DNA of 61,203 nucleotides. Source: a virus. Taxonomy: Duplodnaviria > Caudoviricetes. Positions 9,808-17,607 of this stretch are shown in pieces (the stretch's first letter is position 1; each line of letters begins with the position of its first letter). The stretch covers positions 1-61,203 of IMG/VR virus record IMGVR_UViG_3300042564_004703; one strand, 5' to 3'. The position numbers and the translations under genes were made by a program. Under the pieces are notes generated by a model. That model worked only from the letters and a program-made list of their open reading frames with translations, searched no databases and was not told where the DNA came from.

Positions 9808-10183
9808 TTGTTTTAATTTTAATTGTTTTATAAATTATTTCTGTTGGTCTTGGAGTGCTTAGTAAGCTGTCGTTTTGAAGTATTAAATAATCATTCACTA
9901 AATTAATACTGTCTCTACTTTTTTCATAGTCGTTTTCGGCATCCTTTAGTTGTTGCTTGGCTATTATAAGCTCTGTTTTTGCATTAGTTAAGTCTCTGTT
10001 TGTTGGCTGTTTAGTTTTTAAGATTAGCATAATACTTAAAATTAGCGAAATAGTAAAAAATAATATTGCACTATTTTTCCAGGTTATGTATTTTTTAATT
10101 TCCATTTGTTTTAATAATTTTTGTAATCCGTTTTTATTTTTAATTTTATCTGAAAATAAAATACTAATTAAATGGCTGTCCAT
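9716..10183 (-). CDS. Putative inner-membrane spanin (likely start 10105, MEIKKY)
   Basis: Single N-terminal TM helix followed by periplasmic coiled coil; overlaps partner gene. Confidence 0.5.
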   Translation of the reverse strand: MDSHLISILFSDKIKNKNGLQKLLKQMEIKKYITWKNSAILFFTISLILSIMLILKTKQPTNRDLTNAKTELIIAKQQLKDAENDYEKSRDSINLVNDYLILQNDSLLSTPRPTEIIYKTIKIKTNEKIKATTNVYSSVISDSIESLYKSRNIKR

Positions 10184-10215
10184 TTTAATTTTTATAAGTT
10201 ACGTTTTAAAGACTT

Positions 10216-10413
10216 TCACGTCTTATTATATTCCTTTTCTATTATTTGTCTGCATGTTTTACTTCGTTCCGTTTGTTTTTTCGGCTTTTCAGCAACTCCA
10301 CAGTATAGTAGTAAAAAGACAGAAAGAGGAAAAATAACACCGAAAAATATTCGGAATAATTTGATACTCCACAACTCTTCGGTATACCCAACTCTCGATT
10401 GATTAATTGTCAT
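10216..10413 (-). CDS. Small membrane protein, cargo of truncated terminal cassette c0
   Basis: 65 aa with a TM segment; starts 64 bp after the GTT core of site A on the minus strand. Confidence 0.55.
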   Translation of the reverse strand: MTINQSRVGYTEELWSIKLFRIFFGVIFPLSVFLLLYCGVAEKPKKQTERSKTCRQIIEKEYNKT

Positions 10414-10470
10414 TGTTTAGTTTATTTCTAAACACTGCCTGTCATTTCAGCACTTACGCCATACAATGAC

Positions 10471-10603
10471 ACACAACGTTTTGTGGCTTTGCGAGGTTTG
10501 GGGAAAGCCTTCCCAATTTTTTGATTTATCAATATTTTTCCAAGTACAAAACAGAGTTTCAGTTTATCACTTCCGCCCAAATCTTGCAAAACCGCTGTTA
10601 GCC
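10471..10603 (-). repeat. attC-like site A
   Basis: Plus strand ACACAAC-GTTTTGTGGCTTTGCGAGGTTTGGG...CCCAAATCTTGCAAAACCGCT-GTTAGCC; ~20-bp imperfect inverted arms. Confidence 0.85.
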
Positions 10604-10677
10604 GTTCGGTTTTATTCTTTTGCTAATTTAGTTTCTTTTTTATATTTTAGCAAATTAATTAAATATTCTTATATACT

Positions 10678-11079
10678 ATGTCTGACCAACCTTTAGTTCC
10701 ATTCAAAGCTTACTTTGAGTTTCAATATAATGATAACTTAAATAAGTTATACCCTGAACATTTAGAAACTTATTTACAAAGGTCTTCCGATGATGCTCAA
10801 ACAGTTAAAACAGCAACTTTTTTAAAAAACTACTTAACAGGTGCAAAACTTCCAATATTTTTAAAAGACAGAAAAGTAGATTTTGATTATCACACTCGTC
10901 ACTCTATTTATCCTGAAAGTTTTTCGGTTACAAATTTAAGTCAGTCTGTTGAATTTAAGGTTAAGTCTGATGAAGTTACTGTTATACAAATAGTAAAAGA
11001 TGATATTACTTTTAGAACCTCAAGTGGTGAGGTAAGGACTGAAACTTTAACAGACCAAATTAAATTATTTAGTCTTTAG
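10678..11079 (+). CDS. Cassette c1 inward gene, hypothetical (133 aa)
   Basis: ORF opposite to phage transcription with its own AT-rich promoter-like leader inside the cassette end. Confidence 0.7.
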   Translation: MSDQPLVPFKAYFEFQYNDNLNKLYPEHLETYLQRSSDDAQTVKTATFLKNYLTGAKLPIFLKDRKVDFDYHTRHSIYPESFSVTNLSQSVEFKVKSDEVTVIQIVKDDITFRTSSGEVRTETLTDQIKLFSL

Positions 11080-11285
11080 ATTTTTCTGCTTTGAGATAAC
11101 TTTTCATCTGCACTTTCTAAAATTTCAAGTAAGTCTTTGTAAGTTGTCTCAAATCTTTTTCCTTCTTTTTCGGTACTGATAAGTATTTCTACTTTATCTT
11201 TTTCGTCTGCAATTGTTCTATTCATATTTTTGTCTGTGAATAGAAAGAACTCTACTTTGTTTTTTGTTAAATAACTTTCTGTCAT
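11076..11285 (-). CDS. Cassette c1 sense gene, hypothetical (69 aa)
   Basis: ATG 44 bp inside the cassette end after an A-rich leader; converges on partner with a 4-bp overlap. Confidence 0.6.
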   Translation of the reverse strand: MTESYLTKNKVEFFLFTDKNMNRTIADEKDKVEILISTEKEGKRFETTYKDLLEILESADEKLSQSRKI

Positions 11286-11322
11286 TTTTTATGTCTTTTT
11301 TAGCACGTTTTGCCAAACTGAC

Positions 11323-11449
11323 GGCTAACGTTTCGCAGCTACACGAGGTGCAAGGCTTCGTGACTGCTGGGTTTATATTTAATTTTATGTTTTTCTTGCG
11401 GTTTTGCAATTCCACTAAATCCTTGCATCTTGTGTAACTGCTGTTGTGC
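11323..11449 (-). repeat. attC-like site B
   Basis: GGCTAAC-GTTTCGCAGCTACACGAGGTGCAAGG...CCTTGCATCTTGTGTAACTGCT-GTTGTGC. Confidence 0.85.
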
Positions 11450-11548
11450 AATCGGCTTTTTGTTCACTTCGTATTTTCGACTATACTTTTTTCACCGCAA
11501 TTTAATAATATTTTACTATTTTCGCATTTCACTTTAAACAATTTTATT

Positions 11549-12031
11549 ATGGATTTTACTCAAGAAATACTTCCTTATATAAATTCTGCTATTTTAGTTT
11601 TTGGAGGTTGGTTTTTAAAACGTATTATTAATGACAAAAATTCCCAAATAGAAACCCTAACTAAAAACAGTAATTCGACTACAGAACTTTTAAATTCTAC
11701 TAAAGTGTTAATAGAAATGTATGATATACAAAAATTTAAAGAACACTTAGATTTTACAATTAATACTTTAGAGGAACGTCATAAAGTTGAAATTGAAAAA
11801 GTTTTTAAACTTTCAGAGCAAAATGTTAAAGATAAGATATTAGAGTTGGCTTCTCCTTGGTTAATTAAGTATCAAGAGCTATTAAACTATCAATTCCATT
11901 TTCTACTTCAAATGTCAGAGGAAGATTTAGAAAAAGTCCTTAAATCGCTTCCTGAAAATAAAGAGTTTATACAATATCAAATTAAAGCTATAAAGGAAAC
12001 TGGTAATCTTAAAGAACTCCCAAAGAACTGA
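11549..12031 (+). CDS. Cassette c2 inward gene: N-terminal TM plus helical domain (160 aa from MDFTQ)
   Basis: In-frame ATG at 11549 (the track start lies in the repeat); TM segment NSAILVFGGWFL. Confidence 0.7.
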   Translation: MDFTQEILPYINSAILVFGGWFLKRIINDKNSQIETLTKNSNSTTELLNSTKVLIEMYDIQKFKEHLDFTINTLEERHKVEIEKVFKLSEQNVKDKILELASPWLIKYQELLNYQFHFLLQMSEEDLEKVLKSLPENKEFIQYQIKAIKETGNLKELPKN

Positions 12032-12221
12032 TTTTGTCAACTCTGTTTCTATAATACATTTTTTTCATTTCAATATAATTTTCCATTGTTGTTACACCAA
12101 GAGCTACAAAATATAAATGCTCTTTGTCAAAAGTATCAAGAAAATATTTTTCACAATCACAATCTAATTTTTTAGATTGTAAAAACTTTATAAGTTTAGT
12201 ACACAACCATTTTTTTAACAT
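12009..12221 (-). CDS. Cassette c2 sense gene, hypothetical (70 aa)
   Basis: A-rich leader inside cassette end; 23-bp convergent overlap. Confidence 0.6.
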   Translation of the reverse strand: MLKKWLCTKLIKFLQSKKLDCDCEKYFLDTFDKEHLYFVALGVTTMENYIEMKKMYYRNRVDKISSLGVL

Positions 12222-12279
12222 TTTTCGCTTAGTTTTTTTCTAAACATTGTGTTTTCAGCGTTAGTTCTGTTAAGCTGTT

Positions 12280-12416
12280 GCACAACGTTTTGTGGCTTCA
12301 AGAAGTGGCGTAACTTCAAGACTGCCGTTAATAAATAATTACTGTTTTTTAGTTTTTACGCCGAAACTTTACTGATAAATCCTAAGCCTAGCCATTTCTT
12401 GAAACCACTGTTAGCA
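12280..12416 (-). repeat. attC-like site C
   Basis: GCACAAC-GTTTTGTGGCTTCAAGAAGTGGC...GCCATTTCTTGAAACCACT-GTTAGCA. Confidence 0.85.
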
Positions 12417-12491
12417 AATCGGCTTTCTTTTTTCTTCCACAATTTAGTTATTTTTTCTTACTTTTGGTAAATCATTTTAAAACTTTAAATT

Positions 12492-12710
12492 ATGAACTAT
12501 CAAGAAGCTTTAGGTTATTTAGATTTAAACCTTTCAAAATTTCAAGAGTTATACCCAAATTCTATTTTTATTATCTCGCCATACTTATATAAAGATTTAG
12601 AAAGATTTATAAAGGATATAAATGAAAAAGGTATAAATAATGTAGATGTTAAAGATTATTCTTCTGATGGTCGTTTTGGTGTTTACGAATGGCGTTATAG
12701 AGCGTTGTAG
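12492..12710 (+). CDS. Cassette c3 inward gene, hypothetical (72 aa)
   Basis: Preceded by consensus -7 box TACTTTTG. Confidence 0.65.
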   Translation: MNYQEALGYLDLNLSKFQELYPNSIFIISPYLYKDLERFIKDINEKGINNVDVKDYSSDGRFGVYEWRYRAL

Positions 12711-12972
12711 GATTAGTTGTATATCTGTTTATATTTAAAGATACTTTTACAATATCTGAATTTTCTATTTTAAAAGTTGGAAGAACTAAATATTTATTTT
12801 TAAATTCTAAAATAGTGTCGGCTATTTTATTCTCTAACTCTTTTTCTAATTCATCGTATTGAGATTCTGTGTAAGTTTCACTATCAGAAGCTAAATAGTT
12901 AATTCCTTCCTCGTTTCCTTTGTCAAAATTTTCTGAATATTCTTTTAAAATGTTTAAATCTTTTTCTGTCAT
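12649..12972 (-). CDS. Cassette c3 sense gene, hypothetical (from MTEKDL)
   Basis: ATG at 12972 with AAAAATG context; 62-bp convergent overlap. Confidence 0.65.
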   Translation of the reverse strand: MTEKDLNILKEYSENFDKGNEEGINYLASDSETYTESQYDELEKELENKIADTILEFKNKYLVLPTFKIENSDIVKVSLNINRYTTNPTTLYNAIRKHQNDHQKNNL

Positions 12973-13053
12973 TTTTGTTACTTGTTTTTTTAGTAACATT
13001 ATCAAACTGCTATTTTCCGTTTTAGTTTTTTGCGGATTTTTGGTTAAGCTGTT

Positions 13054-13188
13054 TGCTAACGTTTTGCTACTAGGCGATGTAGCGGGTTAAATATTCACTG
13101 ACTTTTAAGGTTCGCCTAAACTTTAAAAGTATAAAATTTCCATTCAGTTAAGCCTGTTGCCGCTATATTCGCTTAGTAGCTGTTGTGT
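13054..13188 (-). repeat. attC-like site D
   Basis: TGCTAAC-GTTTTGCTACTAGGCGATGTAGCGG...CCGCTATATTCGCTTAGTAGCT-GTTGTGT. Confidence 0.85.
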
Positions 13189-13249
13189 GTTCGTTGTTTT
13201 TTATTTTATCAAATAAATTTTTTCTATCTTCGGCAAAAATTAATTTATT

Positions 13250-13672
13250 ATGACTTATGAAAAAATTTACGAAGAATTAAAAGATAACATAAAAAAGTTA
13301 CTGATTAATATTGCTTTCTTATTCCCTTTTTGGGCGTTGGCTATTTTTATCACAAAACCCTCTTTTTTAAAAAACCCTATTCATATTCAATTTATTTTGA
13401 CTTTCTGTTTAAGTTTTATGTGGTTATTAATTTATTTCTTAATTGCTGTTTTTATTGCAAGACTTTTCATAAAAAATAATCCATACATTATTCTTGAAAT
13501 TGGTAATCTTTTAGGTATTATGTCGCTTTGTGTATTTATAAATATAGCATATCACTATAATCAATCTTTAACAGATTTATTACAAAACAGTTTTTTATTC
13601 TCTACTTTCTTTTTAGCATTGGTAGCCATTCTAAATTTTGCCAACCATATTCAGAAGTCCAAAAAAGTATAA
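13250..13672 (+). CDS. Cassette c4 inward gene, 4-TM membrane protein
   Basis: Four hydrophobic segments; TATCTTCG -7-like box upstream. Confidence 0.7.
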   Translation: MTYEKIYEELKDNIKKLLINIAFLFPFWALAIFITKPSFLKNPIHIQFILTFCLSFMWLLIYFLIAVFIARLFIKNNPYIILEIGNLLGIMSLCVFINIAYHYNQSLTDLLQNSFLFSTFFLALVAILNFANHIQKSKKV

Positions 13673-13853
13673 AACCTATACACATTATTGGTATCCCAAT
13701 ATATGCTGATTTAATAAATAGTTCCATAGAAAAAAAGTTTAGAGTTTCTCTATCTACTATTTCTATTTTAAAAGGGTTTTCTCTTTTAAAGATTATTACA
13801 CCCATATAAAACATCCATAAAAACAAACACAGTAAAATTAAGTTGATTATCAT
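13602..13853 (-). CDS. Cassette c4 sense gene, 2-TM membrane protein
   Basis: Two hydrophobic segments; 71-bp convergent overlap. Confidence 0.6.
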   Translation of the reverse strand: MIINLILLCLFLWMFYMGVIIFKRENPFKIEIVDRETLNFFSMELFIKSAYIGIPIMCIGFILFWTSEYGWQNLEWLPMLKRK

Positions 13854-13915
13854 TTTTCGTTTAGTTTTTTTCTAAACACTACCTATCATTTTCAGCACTT
13901 ACGCCATACAATAAC

Positions 13916-14044
13916 AGCCAACGTTTTGCAGCTACAAGAAGTTGCGTACTTCATTCACTGCTGATTATTAATTAGTTATTTTTTTGTTTGGGGTGTTTCC
14001 GAATACACAGCAATTCTAGCAATTTATTGTAGGTGGTGTTATGG
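13916..14044 (-). repeat. attC-like site E (somewhat degenerate)
   Basis: AGCCAAC-GTTTTGCAGCTACAAGAAGTTGC...GCAATTTATTGTAGGTGGT-GTTATGG; abuts the groES stop codon. Confidence 0.75.
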
Positions 14045-14275
14045 TTAAATCCACCTCAAAATCTGCTTGTCAATGACATAGCTTTCTCCATTAACAAGGA
14101 AGTCTCCTGTAACTAAAAGACTATCTCCAACTTTAACTTGCCTTTTAGAACCCTGTTTAAAATCTTCACCTATCCCTAAAACTATAACTACTCCTTTGAA
14201 TTCTCCCTTAGAGTCCATAGCAGTCCTTTTTTCTAAGACTCTTTCTACTAATAATCTATCCCCAAATATATTCAT
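14045..14275 (-). CDS. groES: Co-chaperonin GroES-like protein
   Basis: GDRLLVER...GVVIVLGIG...VKVGDSLLV match the cpn10 pattern. Confidence 0.7.
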   Translation of the reverse strand: MNIFGDRLLVERVLEKRTAMDSKGEFKGVVIVLGIGEDFKQGSKRQVKVGDSLLVTGDFLVNGESYVIDKQILRWI

Positions 14276-14412
14276 CTTTTTGACTGTTTAATGAGTTATG
14301 TTGATTAATAAACTCCTCTTTATCTAAGACCCAATCTCCTGTCATATTTTCATAGATTTCAAATAGGTCTTCTGATTTTTTTAGTCTGTTGTAAGCGGTT
14401 TTATATGCTGTT

Positions 14413-14628
14413 TTATTCGATTTCATTTATTTTCTGTTCTATTACTTCTAAATCTTTATCTGTTAATTCAAATATTTTTTTAGGTAGTATTATTTCAAAA
14501 CCTTTACCATTCTTTTTAACTTTTACTGCGTCGACATTTAACCATTGATTCTCATCTTCATTAAAATACTTTGTCTTGCAAAAGCTAATAAAAGAACACC
14601 CCGTATTACTTTTTATCTGATTCAACAT
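14413..14628 (-). CDS. Hypothetical protein
   Basis: 71 aa, operon-packed. Confidence 0.6.
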   Translation of the reverse strand: MLNQIKSNTGCSFISFCKTKYFNEDENQWLNVDAVKVKKNGKGFEIILPKKIFELTDKDLEVIEQKINEIE

Positions 14629-15067
14629 TTACTTGTAGATTTAATTCTTCTTTATCTTGCATTTCTTTTTGAAGAGTTTCAATTAAAACTGTTCTTCCTG
14701 CCTCCGCTTCATTGTGATGTAGTTCCACCATACGTCTTTTAAACTCTAAAAGATTAAGTAAATTTCTAAATTCAATTTGTGCATCTTCAGGATAGTTTGA
14801 AGTAAAACTGAAACACTCTACTAAATTACTTGGAGTAAAAGTTTTATTTGCGTCAAAAATATAAGTTAATTCTTTTTTCTGTTCCTCTGTTGGGTTTTCT
14901 ACAGGCTCTCCATCTTTGTCAATCCATTTATAATGCTTTGGAAGGCAATGTCCTGAAAGCGTGTTTAAATATGTGTCAACTGCATTCTCACTTAATAAGA
15001 AGTCAATACCTTGTATTTCTATTTTTTGTTCAGGTCTAAATGAACTGTTTTCTATTGTTTTTTTCAT
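14606..15067 (-). CDS. Hypothetical protein
   Basis: 153 aa ORF. Confidence 0.75.
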   Translation of the reverse strand: MKKTIENSSFRPEQKIEIQGIDFLLSENAVDTYLNTLSGHCLPKHYKWIDKDGEPVENPTEEQKKELTYIFDANKTFTPSNLVECFSFTSNYPEDAQIEFRNLLNLLEFKRRMVELHHNEAEAGRTVLIETLQKEMQDKEELNLQVNVESDKK

Positions 15068-15081
15068 GTTTTGTTTTTATA

Positions 15082-15118
15082 AACTCCACCCACTCTTATT
15101 GTTGAGTGGGCTTTGTTT
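15082..15118 (-). terminator. Hairpin/terminator downstream of SSB
   Basis: CCCACTC-N9-GAGTGGG stem. Confidence 0.5.
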
Positions 15119-15159
15119 GGAATTTTTAATTAATTATAAGCGTCTGATTATCAACGAGT

Positions 15160-15921
15160 TTAAAAAGGAAGGTCGTCGTTGGCAGGGTTATTTGGGTTAT
15201 AATTTGTCGCAGGCTCGAATGCCTCTTTTGCTGTTGCTGTAGGTACTGCGTTCTTAGGTACCTCCGCTTTTGGTTGTGGCGTAGAAGTCTGTTCTCCTTG
15301 AACCCACTGTAATCTATCAGTTTCTTTTTTAACCAAATCTAATAAATATTCATTTTTAGCTTCTTGTGAAACAGCAGTCGGTTTATTCTTTCCAAGTTTA
15401 TTTACTTTCCACTCTAATGCAGGAATATCTCCATCTACAAACTCCTTTGTTTCATTCCCATCTGTGTCTGTTACTTTTTTAAAATACGCATTAGTTAATT
15501 TTGATTTTAATTTTTCTTCCCCAACAGTTATAGACATACCAATTGAAGCGTACTGCTTATCTTTTGGTATAAAATTATAACCTCTAACTTTTACGTTGTC
15601 TCCTTTATTTAAAAGTGGTAGTAATTTAATTAAGCTCTCTGCATAGGTATCTACATTATCACCTTGGTCTGAAACTGCTACAGGTAAGTAATAAACATTA
15701 TCTCCATCTTTAACATTCATAGAAATTTGAGTACCGAATTTTGACTCATAAAGAGACACTGACTCTAATACACCACTAACTCCTTCTTTGTAATACTTTC
15801 TATAAGATTTATTACCTTTTGTTGAAGTATGCTCTTCATACCCCTCTTTTGGTTCTTTTGAGTAATCAAAGAATAACCCTGAACCGAATTCTAGTTGCAA
15901 AAAATTTTTTTCAATTGCCAT
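15160..15921 (-). CDS. ssb: Single-stranded DNA-binding protein
   Basis: Beta-rich core, Pro-rich linker and acidic C-terminal tip DDLPF. Confidence 0.75.
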   Translation of the reverse strand: MAIEKNFLQLEFGSGLFFDYSKEPKEGYEEHTSTKGNKSYRKYYKEGVSGVLESVSLYESKFGTQISMNVKDGDNVYYLPVAVSDQGDNVDTYAESLIKLLPLLNKGDNVKVRGYNFIPKDKQYASIGMSITVGEEKLKSKLTNAYFKKVTDTDGNETKEFVDGDIPALEWKVNKLGKNKPTAVSQEAKNEYLLDLVKKETDRLQWVQGEQTSTPQPKAEVPKNAVPTATAKEAFEPATNYNPNNPANDDLPF

Positions 15922-15959
15922 TTTCCTAACTTTATTTAATTATTATTTATTAATTTGAG

Positions 15960-16469
15960 TTAATTTTCAAGTAACTCCTCTTGTTTATAATCTATTTGAT
16001 TTTCAGGTCGTGAGAACAGCTCTTCTAAATTTACTGTTTTCTTTCCTGTTATTTTATTTTTTAGAACGTAGTTCCTACATTGGCGCAAAAAAGATTTAAA
16101 AGACAGATGTTTTTTCTCAATCCAACTCATATTTATATATTCCAAATATGTATCAATTTCCCAAACTTCCTCAGCTACCGTATACATCATATTACTCTTA
16201 GTATATAAATGAGTACCACCATCTGTTGAAGATACCCAACTATCTAAATTATCAATAGGCATTGTTAAAGGAACTGTAATATAGTCAACATCATCTTCCT
16301 CTAATACTACTCTACCGTCTTCATCTGTTTCTACTTCATCTTTGGGAGTTGGTAATCCTAAAGCTTCATAGTTTATTCTTGGCTCATCTCTATTTGTGGC
16401 TTTTTGTATTTTTTCTTCTCCTGCTTCATTAGGAATACTAATAATACAATTTAAATATAGTAATTTCAT
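15960..16469 (-). CDS. Hypothetical protein
   Basis: 169 aa; own promoter TTGCA...TACATTTG. Confidence 0.75.
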   Translation of the reverse strand: MKLLYLNCIISIPNEAGEEKIQKATNRDEPRINYEALGLPTPKDEVETDEDGRVVLEEDDVDYITVPLTMPIDNLDSWVSSTDGGTHLYTKSNMMYTVAEEVWEIDTYLEYINMSWIEKKHLSFKSFLRQCRNYVLKNKITGKKTVNLEELFSRPENQIDYKQEELLEN

Positions 16470-16531
16470 AGTACAAATGTAGTGATTATTTTTTAATTAT
16501 GCAAATAAAATGTAATCTTTTTATAAATTAT

Positions 16532-16666
16532 TTTTAACGTTTCGTGGCTTTATGAAGTTGCTGATTAGCAATCACTTAACCTTTGATTAATAATTATTTT
16601 TTACAAGTACACACTTGCCTTTTGTTTATTTACCACAGCAGTAATTTTATAAAACCACCGTTGTAT
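16532..16666 (-). repeat. Solo attC-like site F
   Basis: TTTTAAC-GTTTCGTGGCTTTATGAAGTTGCTG...CAGTAATTTTATAAAACCACC-GTTGTAT; same architecture as sites A-E. Confidence 0.75.
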
Positions 16667-16710
16667 TATTTCTTCTGCAAATATACAACATTAATTTATA
16701 TTGTGCAAAT

Positions 16711-17607
16711 TTATTTTGGATTATTTTTTAATTGGTCTAGTATCATTGAAGCATTACATAAAACAGCAGATAAATGGTCTTTATAAGTTTCTTCATCTTC
16801 TTCTATTGGCTGTATCATCTTTTTTACGTGGCGAAATAAAGCCCATTCTAAAGATTTTACATCGATAGGTTTTTTCATATTACCTTTCGGGTACTTATGC
16901 TTATTAGCTGTAAATCGTTCTGCCATTAAATCAAGTATTCCTAAATTAATTTCAGAGTAATCCACTTTACCGTTTGTTTCTTTTACTCCTTCTGGTCTTA
17001 TGCTAAAAGAGTTAGGTCTATCAAATTTTCCTGTTAATGTATCTACCCAATCTGTTAGTAATAATGAAAAATCTAATGGTTCGTATGGTGGTAGTTCTTC
17101 TTTATGTATTTCACTGTCTTTTGGGAATACTAAATTTTCTTCAGTTTTATTTTCTTTTGCGGAATTTTTATTAAATTCTTCGATTATTTCATTTATTTTT
17201 TCTCTCTGTTCAGGATTTGTTTCAAGGGTAATTGTTGTAGTTGTATATTCAGGAAAATTTTTTGTTTTTGTTTCTTTTTCCGCCGAATTTGTCTGCTCCA
17301 AAACTTCATCTAAAAAATGTGGAGAAACTTTTGCTTGTGGTGGTTTATTTATACCTTCCAAATCTCCTACTATTTTTAAGTTTTCTTCTTGCTCTATAGC
17401 TTCATCTAAATACGTCATAGTTTTTCCTGCTTTATGTCTTGTACTTAATCCTGCTGTTTTGTTTTTTTCGCCGTCAAAATAATTAGAAAACGGTTGTTTA
17501 CTAACATCCCAACCAGATACAGTAGTAACCCAATCACCAGCTATGTTAAAAAACTCATCTCTTGTTACTTCTTTACCACCTACTATGTATCTAAAGTTTT
17601 CTTGCAT
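16711..17607 (-). CDS. DUF5664 / dATP-dGTP diphosphohydrolase-domain protein with long N-terminal extension
   Basis: C-terminal GVKETNGKVDYS...KY...ALFRH...DHLSAVLCNA motif. Confidence 0.7.
   Translation of the reverse strand: MQENFRYIVGGKEVTRDEFFNIAGDWVTTVSGWDVSKQPFSNYFDGEKNKTAGLSTRHKAGKTMTYLDEAIEQEENLKIVGDLEGINKPPQAKVSPHFLDEVLEQTNSAEKETKTKNFPEYTTTTITLETNPEQREKINEIIEEFNKNSAKENKTEENLVFPKDSEIHKEELPPYEPLDFSLLLTDWVDTLTGKFDRPNSFSIRPEGVKETNGKVDYSEINLGILDLMAERFTANKHKYPKGNMKKPIDVKSLEWALFRHVKKMIQPIEEDEETYKDHLSAVLCNASMILDQLKNNPK

Larger units (their letters stand above)
10216..14044 (-). mobile_element. Integron-like cassette array 1 (5 attC-like sites, 4 complete cassettes, no integrase)
   Basis: Regularly spaced AAC...GTT hairpins with cores complementary across each cassette; unrelated cargo genes. 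Confidence 0.85.

Noticed and set aside
10466-10696. ORFs spanning attC-like sites (10466-10696, 11218-11451, 16583-16786, 25312-25542, 25424-25624, 25515-25712, 26348-26731)
   Set aside because: They are chance translations of the hairpin repeats without good start context
10471-14044. CRISPR array or REP/terminator interpretation of the repeats
   Set aside because: Repeats are ~130 bp, divergent in sequence and separated by whole genes; cross-cassette core complementarity is not expected of CRISPR repeats, REPs or terminators
17000-17482. Antisense ORFs over established genes (e.g. 9957-10337, 17000-17482, 26829-27263, 34892-35215, 49899-50414)
   Set aside because: Fully overlap strong genes on the other strand and have the F/S/L-rich composition of shadow frames
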